The notes under the pieces: model-generated
What the model saw: the letters and a program-made list of their open reading frames with translations, nothing else
What the model was told of the DNA's origin: nothing
The model's database searches: none
Position numbers and translations under genes: made by a program
From: Camelus dromedarius
Lineage: Eukaryota
Assembly (NCBI RefSeq): GCF_036321535.1
Contig: NC_087444.1
Span: forward strand, 69,068,001-69,132,000
DNA: 64,000 nucleotides
Direction: 5' to 3'
Part shown: positions 24,301 through 36,999 of the stretch, in pieces
How positions within the stretch are numbered: position 1 is the stretch's first letter
Layout of the letters: every line of letters begins with the position of its first letter

Positions 24301-26688
24301 GAATGGGACAGGGGTGGAAGGTGAGGGTTCAGATCCCCGAGGACCAGGATAAACTCTGAGGGCCCAGAGCAGGGGAGAGATGTGGTCAGATTTGCCTTTG
24401 GGTAGGTACCCATGATTCTTTGCTGAATGAGGGAAGGAAAGGAGGAAGGAGGGAGAAGACCAAGGACATCTCTCCCAGGTGATGGAGGAGAGAAGTGTTT
24501 GTGTGATGGTCCCTGTGAATGCCCATGGAGAGGAGCTAGCCTGGCGAGTGTCGTAATGGGAACACAGAGAGGCTCTGTGAAAAGCAGTAGCAGCACCAGG
24601 GCTGGCAGCTCAGTTAGGAATGGTGTGGGCCCTGGAATCTGCTGGCTGAGGTAGCCTGGCCTCCTGGGGTTGAGCCTGAGGGCGGAGGGGCACACCAGAG
24701 CCAGGGAGCCTGCACAATTGTCCCGGGGGTCAGACATGAGGAAAATGGGGCAGGTCTTCAGGCACTGGCTGTTCATAAACCTAAGGGCACTGGTGGTGGT
24801 GGGGAACCAGTGCTGATCAAGCCCATATGGTGCTTTTGTGCAAAAGGCATGCCCCTTCCCCAAGGCACTTGACCTCCATCTGCTGGGAAACTGTTGTAAT
24901 AAATATGGAAATGCATGATGCCTAAGACGTGTGGTAGTCCCCTAAATACGGAGCCTATGCGCAGTGCACAAGCCCTGCAACTGTACGCAGAGGTTCTGGG
25001 AAAAGGGGAACATTGCTGGCCCAACAGGCACAGGGGCAGATGGGAGCGTCGTTGACAGATGGGTAAGCTGTCTGCTTCAATAGGTATCACAGGTTATCCC
25101 CCAGTTTGGCACCCAGAGACATCAGAAACAGGTCTTCAGGGTGTTATGAACAGAAGGCATTGTTGAGCCCACACAGGGGACTCCTTGACCACTGGTCAGA
25201 TCTCTAGGGACTCTAAGACGATGGCATGACAGACCCCAAGACTAGACACCAGGGGGCATTGCTGAGCTCAGCCCAAACTCCCAAGGTCCGGGTCTGGGTC
25301 AAAATCGAGTCTGAGTCCCATTGCCCAGCGTCTGGAGTCACTAGGTTTTGGAATCAGGCACCCAGAAGCCCCTCAGCCTGGGCACCAGCTCCCTTTGGGC
25401 CATTTTCACTCCCCTCCCCGGGCCACCTCAGCCACTTCCAGAAATGGGCACAACTTCCTCTGCTCCTCCAGGAAGCTTCATTCTGCCCGCCCCTTCCAGG
25501 CCCGAGGGGCTGGCCGCAGTTGCCCGCCTTCCCCCGCCCCCGCTCCCCCCTCCCCAGTTCCACCCCGGCTTCAGCCTCCCTGAAGCTTCCGGCCAGAGTG
25601 GAGGCGCCGGGGCCCCACAATTTTTATGTCCCTTTGCCGGGGTTTCCCGCATTCGAGGCCCCGCCAGTCCCTCAGGTCACCCACCGTCTGAACCTCTGCT
25701 CCTCCCTCTAACCCCCCCTCCCCCCCGAGGCAGCGTTCACCGTGCCCCTCCCCCCGCCCAGTACCTCGGGCTCTGCCCTGCCCCCACGGCCGCCAGGAAG
25801 GACGCCGCCTGGGTCCCGTGCCAGGCCTCTGAGTGTGCGGCCCCTCCCTGCCGGGCCAGGAATGCGGCTGGACGGCGGGGGCGGCGCAGACACCCGGCGC
25901 TCAGGCCGGCCCCATCACCCAGGCTGTCAGGCAGGTGGCCCCAGCTCGCTGGGGCCTAAGTTTCTTCTAGAAGGAAAGCAGGATCGCCTGCCTTTCCATC
26001 AGGCCACCAAACTTGGTGGCTTTATTTCGGAATCAGCCTCTAAGCTGCCTTATCCCTTGCCTGCCCAAAGAGAGATTTGAGGCCCGGAGTGGATTTTATT
26101 TTTTAAAACTTGCTGGAGTCTCCCTTTTTTCACCATTTTCCTGGAGAGCTAGCTCTCAGTGCTCCTTGGAGAGACTCCATCTTGCCTTCAGCTTTGTGCT
26201 TTTATTTCCGGCTCATTCTGAATTCAAGCTCCCTTTTGCCTCCACACCCAGCTCCCAAGACACAGGTACACCCCAGGCAAGGACTAGATTTCATTTTTAA
26301 AAAGTGGCCTGTGGCTTCTCCTCCACCACCACCACCACCACTATGTATACACACAGGCACATCAGGGAAACCTGGTTGAGTGTATGCCGGGGGTTTTCTA
26401 GAGGACCAGTTACCAGACCTAACTGGACTGCTTCTCAGACCAAAAAGCAGTAAAGTTTGAAACCTATCTCAAGTGATGACCTCTTGCAGCCTCAACTTTC
26501 TCAACAATAAAATGGGGATAATAATAATGTCCATCTTCTTAAGAGGATTAAATGAATTAACACACATCAAATGCTTAGAGCCACGCTGGATGCACAGTAC
26601 CCGGTGGATAAATGTTAGAGGTTATTATATCACCCTCACCTTAGCCCAGAAACAGCAATACACAGACTTGAGACGTCCCAGGACTGGC

Positions 26689-26694
26689 TTTAAT
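26689..26694 (-). terminator. SERTAD1: Probable SERTAD1 polyadenylation signal ATTAAA
   Basis: tttaat on + strand, about 310 nt after the stop. Confidence 0.55.
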
Positions 26695-27001
26695 TTCAAA
26701 AACTGGTTGGGGTCTCTCCGTACATCAGGAAAAGTGTATACCAGGCTATGACCCCCAGGGATTCAGCACTGGGCCTGGTCCAATCCCATTCCAGCCACCA
26801 GGCCCTGTCATTTCATCATGAGGGCCAATCCCAGACTGCCCCCATCAGCCAGAGACAAGAGGTCGGAGGTGAAATTGCCCAGGACTGGATTCTTTCTCTC
26901 CAAAGCCCCTCTCTAGGGAAGCTAGCTATGTCTTTCCAAGGAGAGTTGCTCCAGCCATCAGGCTCAGTTTGGACAGAAGATCAACATCCCAGCCCTGGGG
27001 G

Positions 27002-27718
27002 TCAGCGCCCTGGCCCTGGTGGCCGCTCCAGTGCCTGTGTGCCCACCAGCACGTCCATGAGGTAGTCCAGCTCGGCCTCATCCAGCTCTGGAGCTTCCTC
27101 CTTGCCTGGCCCATCCTCAGGGCTGGATTTGTGGCCCTCAGAGACTGGTGCCCAAAATTCACTGTCATACATGGAGGTGTCAATGTCCTCGAATAGGCCC
27201 TCAAGCCCATCGTCCAGCAGACAGCCAGTGGCTGGTCCCAGCAGGTCCAAGGCACCCAGGCTGGGTGGGGCTGCCCCACTGGGGCGGCCTGGCGGCCCCT
27301 CGTCTACCAAGGGTTGGGGGGCCTGGCTCAGGCCCTCAATATGGCTGAGGTCCTCCAGGAGGCTGGCCATGGAGGCTGAGAGGGCGGCGTCCGAGCTGGC
27401 CAGCAGGTTATCAGCTATGCCAGGGGCTGTAGGTGGGCTGGGCGCAGGCGGCAGGGCAGCTGCTGGTGCCATGGATGCCTGGATTCGCCGCAGTGTGTTC
27501 ACTACCAGCACCAGGTGCCGCAGGTCTGGCTCACTCTGCCGCAGGCTGTGGTGGAGCTTGAGCACTGAAAGGTCAAAGAGGGAACTGGAGGCCACAGCCG
27601 GGGGTGCTTGTGCCACTGCTGGGTGGCCAGGTTCCAGCCACCAGGCGTCAACTGCCAGGGCTTCCTTCTCCTCCTCCTCCTCCTCCCGCTTGCGCTTCAG
27701 GCCCTTGCTCAGCATCAT
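27002..27718 (-). CDS. SERTAD1: SERTA domain-containing protein 1 (TRIP-Br1/p34SEI-1), single coding exon
   Basis: (M)MLSKGLKRKREEEEEEKE...SSSLFDLSVLKLHHSLRQSEPDLRHLVLVVNTLRRIQ...ELDYLMDVLVGTQALERPPGPGR*. Acceptor CAG immediately before ATG ATG. Confidence 0.97.
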   Translation of the reverse strand: MMLSKGLKRKREEEEEEKEALAVDAWWLEPGHPAVAQAPPAVASSSLFDLSVLKLHHSLRQSEPDLRHLVLVVNTLRRIQASMAPAAALPPAPSPPTAPGIADNLLASSDAALSASMASLLEDLSHIEGLSQAPQPLVDEGPPGRPSGAAPPSLGALDLLGPATGCLLDDGLEGLFEDIDTSMYDSEFWAPVSEGHKSSPEDGPGKEEAPELDEAELDYLMDVLVGTQALERPPGPGR

Positions 27719-28779
27719 CTGTGGGGAGGGAGAAGTCATTCAGTTATGGAAAGCCAATGTGAAGTTCTCATGCCTGTGTGATCTTGGGCAAATCACTTAG
27801 CCTCTCTGAGCCTAGGCTTTCTTAGGGAAACTTTGAGAGCTGAATGATAATTGTATCTATTTCATAAAGTTGTTTTAAGGAATAAATGAGATAATATACA
27901 AAAAGCACTTTACAACGGTGTCTGGCACATAGCAATTACTCCTATGAATAAGTATTATTCATAATAACTATGATTATTTATTTCTTCAATGAACCATGTG
28001 AAATGTCCAATATTTAACCTTTTTTTAACCTACAAAAGCAGCTGTTTCATATGGTTTAATCTAATATTTATTGACTGTCTAATTGTATCAGACAATAAAT
28101 AAATAAACAAATACAGGAAATGTACAGATGGTGCTAGGAAGATACTAAAAGGTTCTGGAGAGTCGTTAGGGAAGGCTCCTCTGAGGAGGTGACATTTGAA
28201 ATGAGCCCTCAAGTACGAGAAGGAATCAGCCCTGGAGGAACCGGGGGGAGGCATTCTGGGAATAAAGAACGACGGCAAAGGCAAAGAGACCTAGAGGCTG
28301 GATGAGCTTGAACTGAAAAAAGACTCCATGGTCAGTGCGCAGAGCGACACAGTATGGGGTGAGGGGGCAAGTTTGAGAGTAGGCAGAGGCAAGGAACTTG
28401 GATTTTAAGCAGGAAGGAATGCGGTGTTGTGGACTGGTTAGGTTTCCAGAATATCCCCTTGGCTGTTACGAGGAAGTGGGGAAGGTTGTTGGGAAGGTGG
28501 GGAGTCCATTCTGAGGCTACTGCACTCTGGGGTGGGCGATGGTGGAGACTTGGGAGTATAAAATAGTAGTGGACGTGGAAGGAAGTTGGATTTAGGATTT
28601 ATTTGCGAAGCAGAGTGGACAGAGCTTGCCGGAAAATCCTGATGGGCACGGAGGTCAATGAGAGAAGTTTGAGGACCCACTTTTCCCGGGGAGGGTGCCC
28701 CTGGCCCAATCTGCTTTTTAAAAAACAGACAGCCTGCAGGGTACAGTACCTAGACCCTTCATTTGGAGTGACCCTTCAC

Positions 28780-29700
28780 ACTACTCAAAACTGGGTCTCC
28801 CCTCCTTCCTAGCCGACCCGGGAGTCCGGAACCACAGGAATTCAGCCCCCACCCCCGACTCCGCCCCCTGGTCCCGGCGCCCCCTAGCGGCGCCAGGCCG
28901 TCTTTCCCCCGGGGATTCCGGCTCCTCAAACCCAGGGACCCTTTACACTGCCCGGCGGGACGCGGTCGTTCTTGCCTGCCGCTCGGGAACTTGAGGGCCG
29001 GGATCCCCGGAGGGCTGTTCTGCCCTCTTGGCCTCCGCTCACTTCCGGAAGGCAGTGGAGGCGTCTCCTCCCGAAGCGGCTGCGGCGGCGGCGGGGGCGG
29101 GTGAGTCACGCAGCCGGAGCCAGGGAGCCGGCGCCTCCGCCCCCTTCCCCGGCTGCGGCGTGATTCACCCGGCCCAGCCGGGGCGGGCGGCACATAGAGG
29201 CCCGCGCGTCTCGATCCCGGGTAGCCCTGGCGCGCACCTGCCGGACCCGGGGATCGAACCTGCTAAAGGACCCCGTGGCCAGTACCTCTACTTTCCCCAG
29301 GCCTCTTCCCTTTATTTACATACCCAGCTCACCAGTTGCCAATCAGAACGAAGAGGGAGCCACCCGCAGCCAATCAGGAAGCGGTGGCGGCAGCATTGCT
29401 CGCTCACTCTCCTTCAGCAACCGGCACCTGGGTCGAGAGACGCAGTTCTGACTTCGGCGCACGACTCCAGGCTCCTGACTCCCTTTAGCTACCGCCCACT
29501 TTCGTGGTGGCTCCGCCCTCCACCCAGGGATTGGTCCTAGACGGTGATGGGCGGGGCCTATAGGGGGCCGTTTCGAAGAGAGAAGTTGGCTTCAGGGCGC
29601 ATGTTCCGGAGACTTAGCGAGGGGGAGAAAGTAGAGTAACTATTTGTCCTGTGGGATAGTGGCGGGTGGGGTTTTTGTCTCTCGAGGCGCGGGCCCCTTA
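28780..29700 (-). promoter_or_regulatory. SERTAD1: SERTAD1 CpG-island promoter and non-coding first exon region
   Basis: CpG-rich. CCAAT boxes at 29339 and 29370, AP-1 TGAGTCA at 29102, ETS CCGGAAG, GC boxes. Exact exon 1 limits not resolved. Confidence 0.75.
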
Positions 29701-30479
29701 CACCTGCCTACGCACCTGCCAAACCCAGCACTGAACTTCGTACGAATCCAGCGCCAACAGAGGCCTACACTCTAGGCCAGATAGGCCTAGGTTCAAATTC
29801 TGACTCGATGTGTGACCTTGGAAAAATGTTTGACATCTTTGAGCCACACAAAGCATGTTAAATGGGATCTTTTTAGCCTACTTCTTGACAGTTAGGAAAA
29901 TTAAAATAAGGTCGTATCAGATTCAGCAAATGCTGGGCGGTTGGACTCAATCTTGGTTACAAGTGGGACTAGGAGGGTGGGGGTGGGATGCCACTGGAGT
30001 CCCATCCTGGGCTCCATTTCCTGAGTAGCTGTGTGACCCTGGGCAAGTGTTTTAATCCCTTAGGAGGGTCTCAGTTTCCTTACCTTTAAAAGAAGAGAAA
30101 CAGCGTCTGGCTCAGAAGATTGTTTTGAGGATTAACTAGAACAATTCGTACAAAGTACTCAGAATGGTGTGTAACATATCCTTTTGTTAGTAGTAGTGGC
30201 TGTTGTGGTAATAGCACAGGCTCTTAGTTCAAGGGCAGACATGCAGGGTGGGCTGCAGGCAGACGGGAATTTAATACTTGTCCCATAAACTGACAATGGG
30301 ACTTACCTGCAAGTAGCTCATCTGCTAACTCCTCTGGTGCTTTGGGAAGAACTGTTTGTGAATAAAGCTCTGGACCAAAGTAAGCTAGCAGAAATGCTAA
30401 CCAGACTTGCTGAGTCAGGCAGCCATTATCAATGGATGCTCAACCCTTAGGGTGAAAAGTTAGTGGGGAACAGAATCTT

Positions 30480-31290
30480 GATAGCTTCCAAAGCATCAAT
30501 GCATAGATGACTTGCTAACTGCAAAGAGGGAAATGTCCTTTTATGATGTGGAAATGTGGTGCTCACCACCTTAACCATGTAGTGAAACTTTGTATCCACA
30601 GTAGTGGGATACCCTGACACTGGGTAGCACCTGATACAAATGCATTAGGAAGTACAAACATTCCTGGTGGAGCCTCCATGTTAAATTGCATGAATTGAGT
30701 CTCATCAAGTGTCTAGACCCAACCTCAGCTTATAGGGAACAGAGTAACAAATTAAACACAAGCACAATCAGACAAATACAGAACATGAGATATCTACAGC
30801 ACAACTGTGTTGTTCTAACCAAAAATTCAATTTCAAGAAGACACAGGAAGGGATTGCTAGGGTTGAGGAGGGGAGAGGATGTTGCAGAATAAAAGATACT
30901 GTAAAATTTAATTATTAAACCAAATAGGCATGTGAATCTGCATTAGATCCTGATTTGGGGGGAAAAACTTCTATACAAGATATTCTTGGGGAAATTTGAA
31001 TATAGACTGGATAGTAGATGATATTATGGAATTTTTGTTTCTCTTAGATGTGATATAGTTTTGTGGTTTGTAGGTGAGTGTCCATCTTAAGAAATGCCTG
31101 CTGAGCTATTATATTAGGGGTAAAGTGTCAAGATGTCTGCACTTTACTCTCCAATAGTTCAGCAAAAGAAAAAATGTGCATATACACATATACATATGCA
31201 ATTAAAGGAAACTTAAAATGTTAACAATTAAACATAGGTGGGAGAGTATTCAAATCTTTTCTATGTGCTTGAAATTTTTCATAATAAAAA
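30480..31290 (+). mobile_element. Old L1 (L1MC-type) 3' fragment
   Basis: gggaaatttgaatatagactggatagtagatgatatt...aagatgtctgcactttac...aaatttttcataataaaaa. A related copy lies at about 41580-42530. Confidence 0.65.
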
Positions 31291-34200
31291 GAGGGTCAAA
31301 TGCTAAGTAGAACCAGGCTCCTGCTAGGCAAATTCACATAATTTCCCTCATACCCTATCTTTTTGGCCTGGGAAAAGGGAGGCTCACAGTCTCCCAGTGG
31401 CTCTTTCCAGGTCATACAGGGAAGAAGAACTCACAGAAGTCTGAGGAATTCAACATGTATTTATTGAGCCTACTATGTCCCGGGCACAGTTGCAGACAAT
31501 GAGGGCACAGCACTGCATATGCTTCACGGAGTCTCTCTCCTCACAGATCAGGGGAGAGAGGCGGAAAGAGAAAAGAAACATGAAAACAAACGAATCAAGC
31601 AATTTCTATGGGCCAGGCACTGTTTAGGCACTGAAGATATAGCAGTAAAATTATAAACAAAAATCCCTAATGTGAGGAGGTGGACAATAAACTTAATAAA
31701 GCAATTATTTAGTATCTTAGAAGGTGACAAGTGAAAAGGAAAAGCAGAGCTGGAGGAGAGTGATGAAAGGGTGTGCACTTTGGACAGGGAGCTGGTGGGG
31801 ATCGAGGGGTCTCTGAAGAGGTGACATTGAGTAGAAACCTGATGAAATGGGAGTGGTAGTAAAGCTCTGTAAAAAGAGTGTTCCAACCAGAAGGAGGTAT
31901 CAGTGCAAAGGCCCTGAGGCTCAGGGTGCTACCTGTCTTTGACCCACAGCAAGGCCAACGTAGCCGGACTGTATGCTGCCGGGGAGGAGGTCGGAGAAGT
32001 TTCTAGGACCTTTGGAGCACCCTACGGACCTTTGTTTTTCATTCTGAGTAGGATGAGGAATCCCTGGAAGATGAATAAATGAGGCAGATAATTTCTGCTT
32101 CTGTTCAGCGACTTGAAGAAAACAAATAGGACGGGAAAACAGAGAGGTCAGGGGAGAGGTACCTGTAGCTAGGGTGGTCCGGGAGAGCTTCCCAGAGGAG
32201 GTGACATTGGAGTTGGGACCTGAAAGTGGAGAAGGAGCCAGGAATTCAAAGGGTTGGGGGAAGGGACAAAGAGAGAGCCCAGGCTTCGGGAAATGAAACC
32301 AGAAGCGAAGCCACCGGCCTGGCAGGCCGGGGGAGGAGCCTCCGCCAGCTGGGGAGGGAGGGGGTTCGGGGAGCGCCCCTCCCGCAGCCGCCCGCCCCAC
32401 CCGGCCCCTGGGGAGGGAGGAGGCGCCGGCTGGGCTCCCGGGTCGGCAGCCTGCCTGCCAGCTCGGGGCGGAGGGTGAGCAGGTGGGAGGGACCGAGGTG
32501 GCCAAGGCCCATCCCCCACCACGGGACGGCGGGGGAAGGCAGGTTTGGGAACGTGGACTCTGCCCTCAGGACCCGGTTTCCTCTGCGGGGCCAGCCTTTC
32601 TACTTCTCTCGCCAGTTCCCTGACTTCTCTCTCTGGGCCTCTCTGAACCTCAGTTTGATCATCTGGAAAGTAGGGGTGCATCTCATACTGGCCTCACTGA
32701 TACTAACAGGCTCGGCGATCCCGCTTCTCTCCTGTATCTTTAGGGCAAAGAGAGCCTATGTAAAAGTGACTCAGGTCTCCTTCCTCCACTGCTCAACACC
32801 CTCCCAAGCCTCTCATTTCACTCAGGGTAAAGCTCAAGTCCTCCCTGTGGGACTCCCACAAGACACTACATGATTTGTCTCCCTCAACTCTTTCACCCTA
32901 TCTCCTAGGACTCTTCCCCTTGCTCCCTTTACTCCAGCCACACAGACCTCCGAAGGGTCCCTCAGACATTCCACTCATCCTCAGACCACCGGGCCTTTGC
33001 ACTGGCTGTTCCTGCTGTGGGGATTGTTTCCCCACAGATTCACACGTCTCACCTCTCACTTCCTTCCAGTCTTTCTCAAATGTCATCTTGTCAGGGAGAC
33101 CTTCTCTGGCCATCCATCTAAATAGTGACACCCCCATCACTTTCCTGCTTTCTTTTTCTCCACACCATTTATCACCACTTGACAGACTATACACTTTACT
33201 GTCTATTTTAGTAAACAGTACACACTCGTGTTTATTTCAGCCTTCTCCCACTGTGATACTTTCCAAGAGCAGGGACTCTGTTTTGTTCATGCACCTGGGA
33301 GAGTGCCAGGTCCACAGTAGGCACTCATTTTGAGCAATTATTGGAATCCTTGGTGTGCAGCAGGCACCCTCTTACACACTTTGCATGCTTGCTCAGTGAC
33401 GCAGGTACTACTCCAGGTCTTGAGGGTGGGACATGGTGCGTTTGAAGAACGGCAGAGGATGGTGTGAGGAAGATGAATTCAGAAAGGTGGGATGGAGGGT
33501 TGGCCATTGCAAGGTTGGGAGTTCATCTTCTCAACAACAACAGCAAAAAAAAATTGTTTTTAGTGCCCCTCTCATTGGTCCCAAGCATAGTTCTATGCAC
33601 TACAACATGACCCTCTCAGAGATTCCAGCAGACCAGGAGGCTAACCATAAAGAGGTCATAAATAATTTGAGATTGGTAAGAAAATCAAACAATATGAAGT
33701 GGGATTGGGGATAGGCACCTCAACACGTTGAGCCAGGAAGGGCAGGGAAGACCTGAGAAGGGGACATTTGGATTGGTGAAACTATGGAGAAAGTGTCCTT
33801 TGGGCAGTTAAGAGCAAGTACAAAGGCCTTGGGGTTAACTGGAGTCACATGAGGAAGGAGAGAACTGAGATTACACTGGGGAAGTTAGGAGCAAGATTGC
33901 CAGGCCTCACAGGCCTTGGTGAAGTTGGGGTTTTTATTCGGAGTGTGAGAAGTCACCAGATGTTTTAAGTGGGAGGAAGACATGATCGAATGGGCATCCA
34001 CACTGAAATATGGACCTCATGTGCCTTAAGATCTCCTTGACCACCTCCTCCTCTCTCTCCAGATTGGCACCCACCTGTTAGTTACCTAGCCGATTTTAGA
34101 TTTAGAGGCAATGCTCCTTTCAGGGTGAGAATTTTGCTTCGAGCCAGAAAGCAAAGGCAAAACTCCCTCTCCTTTCCCTGTCTGTGGGCTACACCCAGGT

Positions 34201-34542
34201 ATGGTTCCTCCTTACAATCCTTCCAGAAAAGTCCCTAATGCTGTGTAAACTTACCTGCTACCATGTCTTCAAAGGTCTTTGTGGGGGCCTAGCCACTGCA
34301 GCAGCGTATCATAGCGCATCTTCCCTGGCCTCCTGTCTTTCCCCCTCACTCTCACCACCCTGGGCTTATACCTCCTAATCATCTGAAACATTAACTTAGC
34401 TGGGCTCTGCTTCTTAGCCAACAGTTTTCTAGAAAGATCTGCTTTTAATTCTGGGGGTCTTTGGGCACTTTTTCTCCTCTGGGCCTCAGCAACACATTTC
34501 ATACAATGAAAGATTTGACTTTTTAAGTGCCAGAGCCCCCCC

Positions 34543-34630
34543 TTTTTTTTTGAATGGAGATACTGGGGATTGAAGCCAGGCCCTTGTGCATGGTAAGCAT
34601 GTGCTTTACTACTGAGCTATACCCTCCCCC
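34543..34630 (-). mobile_element. tRNA-Ala-derived SINE
   Basis: Reverse complement gggggagggtatagctcagtagtaaagc...ttcaatccccagta. Confidence 0.85.
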
Positions 34631-35094
34631 AAAAGAGAGCCCTATCCTTTGACTTTAATTCACGTGACCCAGTTTCTACCTCCTGTGTCCACCTGTGTCT
34701 GGGGAGTCTAAGTCTACCAAGAAACAACAAATAAAACAGTTAAGTAGGCTCTGGAGGTAGACTGAATTTGAGTTCTAGCTCCTTGGTACTCACTCTTCCT
34801 AGCTGTGTGACCCTGAGCAAGTGACTTGGCCTCTCTGAACCTCAGGATTCTCCTATGTAAAACGTGGTTAACAGTATCTATTTCTATATAATCATAAGGA
34901 TTCAATGACTTAATTCAAAGAAAGTAAGTAGAACAGTGCTCTTAACAAGCATTCAATAAATGTTACATTTAATAATATACCTGCCTCAACTTTGACAGGG
35001 AAGGGGTACAGGAATCCACAGAACTTACTAGGTCTCTCCCATTGACCCACTGAAGTTTAGAAAATTTAGACAACACCATCCCTTCCAAAATACT

Positions 35095-35100
35095 TTTATT
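35095..35100 (-). terminator. SERTAD3: SERTAD3 polyadenylation signal AATAAA
   Basis: tttatt on + strand, about 600 nt after the stop. Confidence 0.7.
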
Positions 35101-35706
35101 AGAAAAAAAATCATTACAAACAAAAAAACCCACCACAAAACCCGCCTTTCTTTTAAATAATGCGGCATGGAGCAGTTTGGTTTCCACCCTATTGCACGTG
35201 GTCCGGCCTGGTCATGAATCAGGAGGCTGCTGGGACTGGGGTCCTGTGAAGGAGGTGGGGTTCAGTCTGAGGGGAGGAGGCCAGCCCCTCCCATGCCCTG
35301 GAGGTGCCAAGAGGCAGAGGCTGCATTTCCATAGCAACCAGGCAGCACATACCTGTCATCCTTTGACAGGCCCAGCTTATCTTCCCTGAGGCCCCAGTGG
35401 ACACAGGGGAGTAGGAACTGGAGGGAAAGGCAAGAAGACATGTGGAAGTGGGAAATCAGACTCCCAGAAACAGAGTCTCATTAAGGCATTTGGAACAGAT
35501 AAATTAATTCAGGAAGACCCACCTTCACAGAAGGCTGCAATAACCAGACACACACACACATGCAAGACAGTTTGTGGAACCCTGAAATGGGAGAAGGGAG
35601 GCCACAGTCACTGTTTAGAGCCCCTGTCAAAACATACCCACAGAATTGCATCCAGGGGTTCAGCCCACCAAGGCTCAGATGAGGAAGGAAGCCCCCTCTA
35701 AAAGTT

Positions 35707-36303
35707 TTAGGATCCTAGAATGATTTCCATGATGTGATCTAGTTCATTCCATTCCCAGGACCCTGGGGCACAGAAAAGGTTGTGAGGAGGCTCTGCTGGT
35801 GCCAGTGCGGGCTCCTTCTCCACTGTGGATGTGTCAATGTCCAGAAAGAAGTCATCCAGGCCAGAGTCCCCCAGGTACCGGGAGCTCAGAGCTTCTAAGA
35901 AGACTGGATCAGGCTGGGGCAGCACTTCATTCTGGGAGCCGGGGGGAGCCCCTGGATTCTGAGAGGGCTCGGTCTCGTCCATGGAGGTCTCGAGCTCCCT
36001 AAGAATAGAGCCGATGGTGGCTGACAGGGAGAAGTCCTCCTCACCCAGGAAGAGGGGCTCAGGAGGCAGGGCAGGTGCAGGAGTCAGGCAAAGAGCAGCT
36101 TGGAGCTGCTGGAGAGTGTTGTGGATGAGGACATGTCTGCGAAGGCTGGGTGCTCGGGGGCCCAAGCTTCGCTGGACTTTGTCTAGGGAGATGCGGAGCA
36201 GGGCTTGCTGGTAGCTCCGCAGGCCTGCCGGGCCCCAGGCCCACTTCTCATCCTCCTCTTCCTCCTCCAAATCCGAGTGTTTCCTCTTCAAGCCTCCTAC
36301 CAT
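35707..36303 (-). CDS. SERTAD3: SERTA domain-containing protein 3 (RBT1), single coding exon, 198 aa
   Basis: MVGGLKRKHSDLEEEEE...QALLRISLDKVQRSLGPRAPSLRRHVLIHNTLQQL...WNELDHIMEIILGS*. Acceptor CAG|GGCATC ATG at 36310. Confidence 0.97.
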   Translation of the reverse strand: MVGGLKRKHSDLEEEEEDEKWAWGPAGLRSYQQALLRISLDKVQRSLGPRAPSLRRHVLIHNTLQQLQAALCLTPAPALPPEPLFLGEEDFSLSATIGSILRELETSMDETEPSQNPGAPPGSQNEVLPQPDPVFLEALSSRYLGDSGLDDFFLDIDTSTVEKEPALAPAEPPHNLFCAPGSWEWNELDHIMEIILGS

Positions 36304-36999
36304 GATGCCCTGTGGAGAGAAGAGGGGCAAGTCAGATACAGCAGGGCGAGTTCAAATCCCGAATCTCCTGTATGGTTGTTGATTTGTAATGATCCAAATC
36401 TCAGTTTTTGCATCTATAAAATGGAGACAGTATGAATCCCACAAGGCTAAGGAGGAGAGTAAATGTATGTGATTAAGAAAACAAGATCTGGACTTAAACA
36501 TAGCTGGGTTTGAATCCCACTTACTTGCCTGTGTGGCCTCAGATAGTGAATTTACCTCCATGAGACTCAATTTCCTCATCTACAAAATGAGAATCCTAAT
36601 TCAAGCCCCTCTAAGTCTTAAAGCTAATCTTCCCACAATACTCTTTTCTTCAAATGGGACATACACAAGATAGGTGTTGGGTACAGAGACCTGGCCTGAA
36701 AGTAGCGAATCCTAGTTTGAATTCTGCCCTTCATGCTGCTCAGCTGTGGGTCTTGGGAAGTGATGTAACGTAACCTCTCTGGGCCTTAAGGGGATTGTAA
36801 AAATGCTCACCCCCGTTAGAAGATCCTAAGAGTGATATGCATAGACAGCGTCCACCACACAGGAAACACTTAATGAACAACAGTTAACTGCCATTTATTC
36901 ATTCAATATTTCTATTTGAGAGTCTACGATATTCCAGCCACCTGGAACCCTGTTAGGGTACCTATCTGTGGAGACTCTCCTTTCACAGGGAAGATTATC

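Noticed and set aside
27102-27800. 232-aa ORF antisense to SERTAD1
   Set aside because: GC-rich shadow ORF with no recognisable homology.
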